Origin: an uncultured bacterium | GTDB taxonomy: Bacteria > Krumholzibacteriota > Krumholzibacteriia > LZORAL124-64-63 | DNA: 64,000 nt | Assembly (NCBI GenBank): GCA_963732385.1 | Contig: CAVSZB010000007.1 | Coordinates: 256,001-320,000 of the forward strand | Direction: 5' to 3' | Shown here: piece after piece, positions 60,688-64,000 of the stretch | How positions within the stretch are numbered: the stretch's first letter is position 1 | Layout of the letters: each line of letters starts with the position of its first letter | The notes under the pieces: generated by a model | The model's database searches: none | Seen by the model: the letters and a program-made list of their open reading frames with translations, nothing else | Told to the model about the DNA's origin: nothing | Translations under genes and position numbers: made by a program

Positions 60688-62259
60688 ATGACCGGTATCC
60701 CTGTCGCCATGGTTGCCATAGTCGCCATCGTTGCCGCCGCCTCCGGTTTTGCCGGCGGTTGGTTCGCGCAGCGGATGCGCGCCGCCCGTCTGCAGGGCGA
60801 CGCTCGCGAGGTCCGCGATCGTCTGCTGCGGGAGGCGGAACGGGAGGCGTCCGCGCTGCATCGCAACGCGGAAATCGAGGCGAAGGACCTGATGCTCAAG
60901 TCCCGCGAGACCTTCACCGCGGAGACCAGCAAGACGCGGCTGGAGCAGGCCCGTCGCGGGGAACTGCTGGACGAGCGCGAGATGGGGCTAAGCAAGAAGA
61001 TCCTGCTGCTCGATCAGAAGGAAATGCGCCTCGAAAACCGTGACGAGGAACTGAAAGGGGGCCTGACGGCCCTCGAAGCGGAACGGAAGCGGGTGCAGGA
61101 GAGCGTGGCGGAGCAGAATCTCAAGCTTGAATACATCGCCGGGCTCACGGCCGCGGAAGCGCGGCGGCTGCTTGAGGAGAACATCCTCGCCGACGCCCGC
61201 GCTTCCGCGGCTCGCCGGGTCCGTGATGTCCGCGACGAGGCGGAGCGGCACGCCAAGCGGGAGGCGCAGCAGGTGTTGTCGCTGGCGGTGCAGCGTTACG
61301 CATCCGAGCACGTGGCCGAGACGGTGGTCTCGGTGGTGGATCTGCCGAGCGACGACATGAAAGGGCGCATCATCGGTCGCGAGGGGCGGAACATCCGGGC
61401 CTTCGAACTCGCCACCGGCATCGACGTCATCATCGACGATACGCCTGAGGCGGTGATCATCTCCGGCTTCGACCCGGTGCGGCGCGAGGTGGCGCGCCTG
61501 TCGCTCCAGAAGCTGATCCGCGACGGACGGATCCACCCGGGCCGGATCGAGGAGGTCGTGGTCAAGACCCGCCAGGAGATGATGGAGAAGATCCGCGAGA
61601 TCGGCGAGCAGGTTTGTCTCGATCTCAATCTCCAGAAAATCCATCCGGATCTCCATCAGTACATTGGCCGTCTGCACTATCGGACCAGCTACGGCCAGAA
61701 CCTCCTCCTGCACTGCAAGGAGGTGGCGGCCGTGGCGTCGATCATCGCCAGCGAAATGGGCCTCGACCACCGCCTTGCGCAGCGTTGCGGTTTCCTGCAC
61801 GACATCGGCAAGGCGGCCGAGCACGAGATGGAGGGGCCCCACGCGCTGGTCGGGGCCAGGCTGCTCAAGAAGTATGGCGAAAATGAAATCGTGCTCAACG
61901 CAGTGGGCGGCCATCATCAGGATCTGGAAACCACTTCGCCCTACACGTTCATCACGACGGCCGCGGACGCCGTTTCAGCCTCGCGGCCGGGCGCGCGCCG
62001 GGAGAGCCTCGAGAATTATGTGAAACGCCTCGAAGGCCTTGAGAAGATCGCCGACAGCTTCGCCGGGGTCGAGAAATCGTACGCCATCCAGGCCGGTCGC
62101 GAGATCCGTATCCTGATCAATCCGAGCAAACTCAACGACGCCGAGGCGGCGCTGTTGGCCGAGGAGATCAGCCGGCGGGTGGAAGGTGAACTGGAGTACC
62201 CCGGCCAGATCAAGGTCACGGTGATTCGCGAGACGCGGGCCGTGGCGTACGCCCGCTGA
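60688..62259 (+). CDS. rny: Ribonuclease Y
   Basis: N-terminal TM, coiled coil, KH (KGRIIGREGRNI), HD (LHDIGK). Confidence 0.96.
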   Translation: MTGIPVAMVAIVAIVAAASGFAGGWFAQRMRAARLQGDAREVRDRLLREAEREASALHRNAEIEAKDLMLKSRETFTAETSKTRLEQARRGELLDEREMGLSKKILLLDQKEMRLENRDEELKGGLTALEAERKRVQESVAEQNLKLEYIAGLTAAEARRLLEENILADARASAARRVRDVRDEAERHAKREAQQVLSLAVQRYASEHVAETVVSVVDLPSDDMKGRIIGREGRNIRAFELATGIDVIIDDTPEAVIISGFDPVRREVARLSLQKLIRDGRIHPGRIEEVVVKTRQEMMEKIREIGEQVCLDLNLQKIHPDLHQYIGRLHYRTSYGQNLLLHCKEVAAVASIIASEMGLDHRLAQRCGFLHDIGKAAEHEMEGPHALVGARLLKKYGENEIVLNAVGGHHQDLETTSPYTFITTAADAVSASRPGARRESLENYVKRLEGLEKIADSFAGVEKSYAIQAGREIRILINPSKLNDAEAALLAEEISRRVEGELEYPGQIKVTVIRETRAVAYAR

Positions 62260-62296
62260 GGGCCGGCGCGGCTGTGACGCCGGGGAGGAACGCACG

Positions 62297-63172
62297 GTGT
62301 TGACCCAGAGCCTGCGCGGGGAACCGGTCCGCGACGCGATCCTGGCCGAACTGCGCGAAAACCTCCGTGAGGCCTCCCGCCCGCCTGGTCTGGCGGTCGT
62401 GCTCGCAGGGGAGGACCCGGCTTCCGCCGTATATGTGGGGCGGAAGGAAAAGGCCTGCACGGCGCTCGGTTACCATCACGTCACCCACCGCTTTCCCGCT
62501 TCGGTGTCCGAAACGGAACTGCTCGATCATCTGCGAGCGCTCAACGCCGATCCGGCAATCGATGGCATCCTCGTTCAACTGCCGCTGCCGGTCGGCGTGG
62601 ATGCGGAGCGGGTCCTGCGGGCGGTCGACCCGCGCAAGGACGTCGACGGATTCCATCCCGAGAACCTCGGCCTGCTCGTGGCCGGACGGCCGCGTTTCGT
62701 GCCCTGCACGCCCGCCGGGGTGGTGCGTCTGTTGCGGCACTATGGCCTGGCGACGGCGGGCCGGCGCGTCGTGGTGGTGGGACGCAGCCTGATCGTGGGG
62801 CGTCCGCTCGCGCTGTTGCTGGCGCAGAAGGGACCGGGCGGAGACGCCACGGTCACGCTTTGCCACTCCGCCACGCGGGATCTGGCCGCCGAGACCGCCC
62901 GTGCCGACATCCTCGTGGCAGCCATGGGCGTCCCACGCGCGCTGGGGCGCGCGCACGTGGCATCCGGCGCCGTGGTCGTGGATGTCGGCATCAACCGGCA
63001 ACCATCGTCGACGGGTGGCAGGCCCGTTCTCGTGGGCGATGTGGATGCCGCGGCGCTCGATGGCTGGGCCTCTGCGGTCACGCCGGTGCCCGGTGGCGTC
63101 GGTCCGGTGACAATCGCGATGCTGATGGCGAACACCTGGCAGGCCATGCGCGCCCGGGAAGCACTGCCGTGA
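62297..63172 (+). CDS. folD: Bifunctional methylene-THF dehydrogenase/cyclohydrolase
   Basis: GILVQLPLP, KDVDGFHP, PCTP, TPVPGGVGP. Confidence 0.95.
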   Translation: MLTQSLRGEPVRDAILAELRENLREASRPPGLAVVLAGEDPASAVYVGRKEKACTALGYHHVTHRFPASVSETELLDHLRALNADPAIDGILVQLPLPVGVDAERVLRAVDPRKDVDGFHPENLGLLVAGRPRFVPCTPAGVVRLLRHYGLATAGRRVVVVGRSLIVGRPLALLLAQKGPGGDATVTLCHSATRDLAAETARADILVAAMGVPRALGRAHVASGAVVVDVGINRQPSSTGGRPVLVGDVDAAALDGWASAVTPVPGGVGPVTIAMLMANTWQAMRAREALP

Positions 63173-64000
63173 CGAGGTCACTCGAGGTTGCCCTGGACCG
63201 CGAGCGGCGTGCCGTCGAGGCGGGGTTGCGGGGGTTGCTGGCCGGGGAGCGGGGCGTTCCGCCGCGTCTGCGCCGGGCCATGGCGCACAGCCTCTTCGGG
63301 GGTGGGAAGCGCCTGCGACCGGTGCTGTTGCTCTGGGCTTACGACGCCTGTCTGGACTGCGGCCGTGCGCCCGGGGTGACCCGCCGGGCGGCTCTCGATG
63401 CGGCGTGCGCGCTCGAGCTCATCCACACGTACTCCCTGATCCACGACGATCTGCCGGCGATGGACGATGATGTGCTGCGGCGGGGGAGGCCGACCTGCCA
63501 CGTGGCGTTCGACGAACCGACCGCCATTCTGGCCGGGGATGGGCTGCAGGCGCTGGCCTTCTGTGCCCTGGCGCGCCTTGGTCCCGGCGCGACCGGCGCC
63601 GCGGCGTTGATCGCGCGGGCCGCCGGCCCGGCCGGCATGGTCGGGGGGCAGCAGGACGACCTGGACGCCGAGGGGGTGGCGCCGCGTCCGGCGTTGATCC
63701 GCCGCATCCAGCGGCGCAAGACCGCCGCCCTGCTGGCGGCCGCGCTCGGCGCCGGGGGGGCCCTGGCCGGAGCGTCCGGGCCACGTGTGCGACGCCTGTT
63801 GGCTGCCGGCGATATCCTGGGCCAGGCGTTCCAGCAGGCGGATGATTTGCTCGATGCCTGCGGGAGTGCCGCCGTTGCCGGCAAGCACGTGGGCAAGGAC
63901 GCCGCCGCCGGCAAGATGACCTGGGTACGCCTGGAGGGGCCCGACCGCGCCTGCCGGCGCGCGGCGCGCGAGGGCCGATCCGGCCTGAGGCGGCTGCACG
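63169..64000 (+). CDS. ispA: Polyprenyl (farnesyl) diphosphate synthase, 3' partial
   Basis: Translated by hand: GGKRLRP, ELIHTYSLIHDDLPAMDDD.LRRGRPTCH, GMVGGQ, FQQADDLLD. Confidence 0.92.
   Translation, partial: MTRSLEVALDRERRAVEAGLRGLLAGERGVPPRLRRAMAHSLFGGGKRLRPVLLLWAYDACLDCGRAPGVTRRAALDAACALELIHTYSLIHDDLPAMDDDVLRRGRPTCHVAFDEPTAILAGDGLQALAFCALARLGPGATGAAALIARAAGPAGMVGGQQDDLDAEGVAPRPALIRRIQRRKTAALLAAALGAGGALAGASGPRVRRLLAAGDILGQAFQQADDLLDACGSAAVAGKHVGKDAAAGKMTWVRLEGPDRACRRAAREGRSGLRRLH

Overview
GC-rich chromosomal segment, mostly on the + strand, from a diderm LPS-producing bacterium. The short region-1.1-less SigA, DUF4837, L20 leader and zapA-6S-rny context suggest an FCB-group or related candidate lineage; this is inference, not a classification. 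In order the window holds: (1) a type IVa pilus locus (pilS, pilR, two tandem pilins, an ABC/permease/TPR cassette, pilD, pilMNOPQ) with three sigma54 -24/-12 promoters; (2) aroK, rsmD, coaD, pta, obgE, dprA, a lipid A acyltransferase, DUF3467 and ADP-heptose genes; (3) a probable arginine synthetase (ArcE/COG2403) gene ahead of sucCD-ndk; (4) yceD-rpmF-plsX-fabD-fabG-acpP-fabF-rnc followed by a Cys-rich orphan, a TPR protein, an ECF sigma/anti-sigma pair, DUF4837, a slipin and a beta-barrel; (5) an orphan parA, an MBL hydrolase and ino1; (6) a glycan cluster interrupted by tRNA-Gly/Cys/Leu; (7) a stand-alone dnaK, a SigA-family sigma, tRNA-Val, thrS, L20 leader-infC-rpmI-rplT-pheST, zapB-zapA-6S RNA-rny, folD and a partial ispA. 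No mobile element, CRISPR array or defence system was seen, and I cannot claim a clearly new system. The best leads are the sigma54-wired twin-pilin locus, the arcE-sucCD-ndk grouping, the Cys-rich orphan after rnc, a repeated AGAC-N7-GTCT operator ahead of the sigma gene, and the AT-rich palindromic region before the orphan parA. All calls come from motif recognition by eye; no searches were run.
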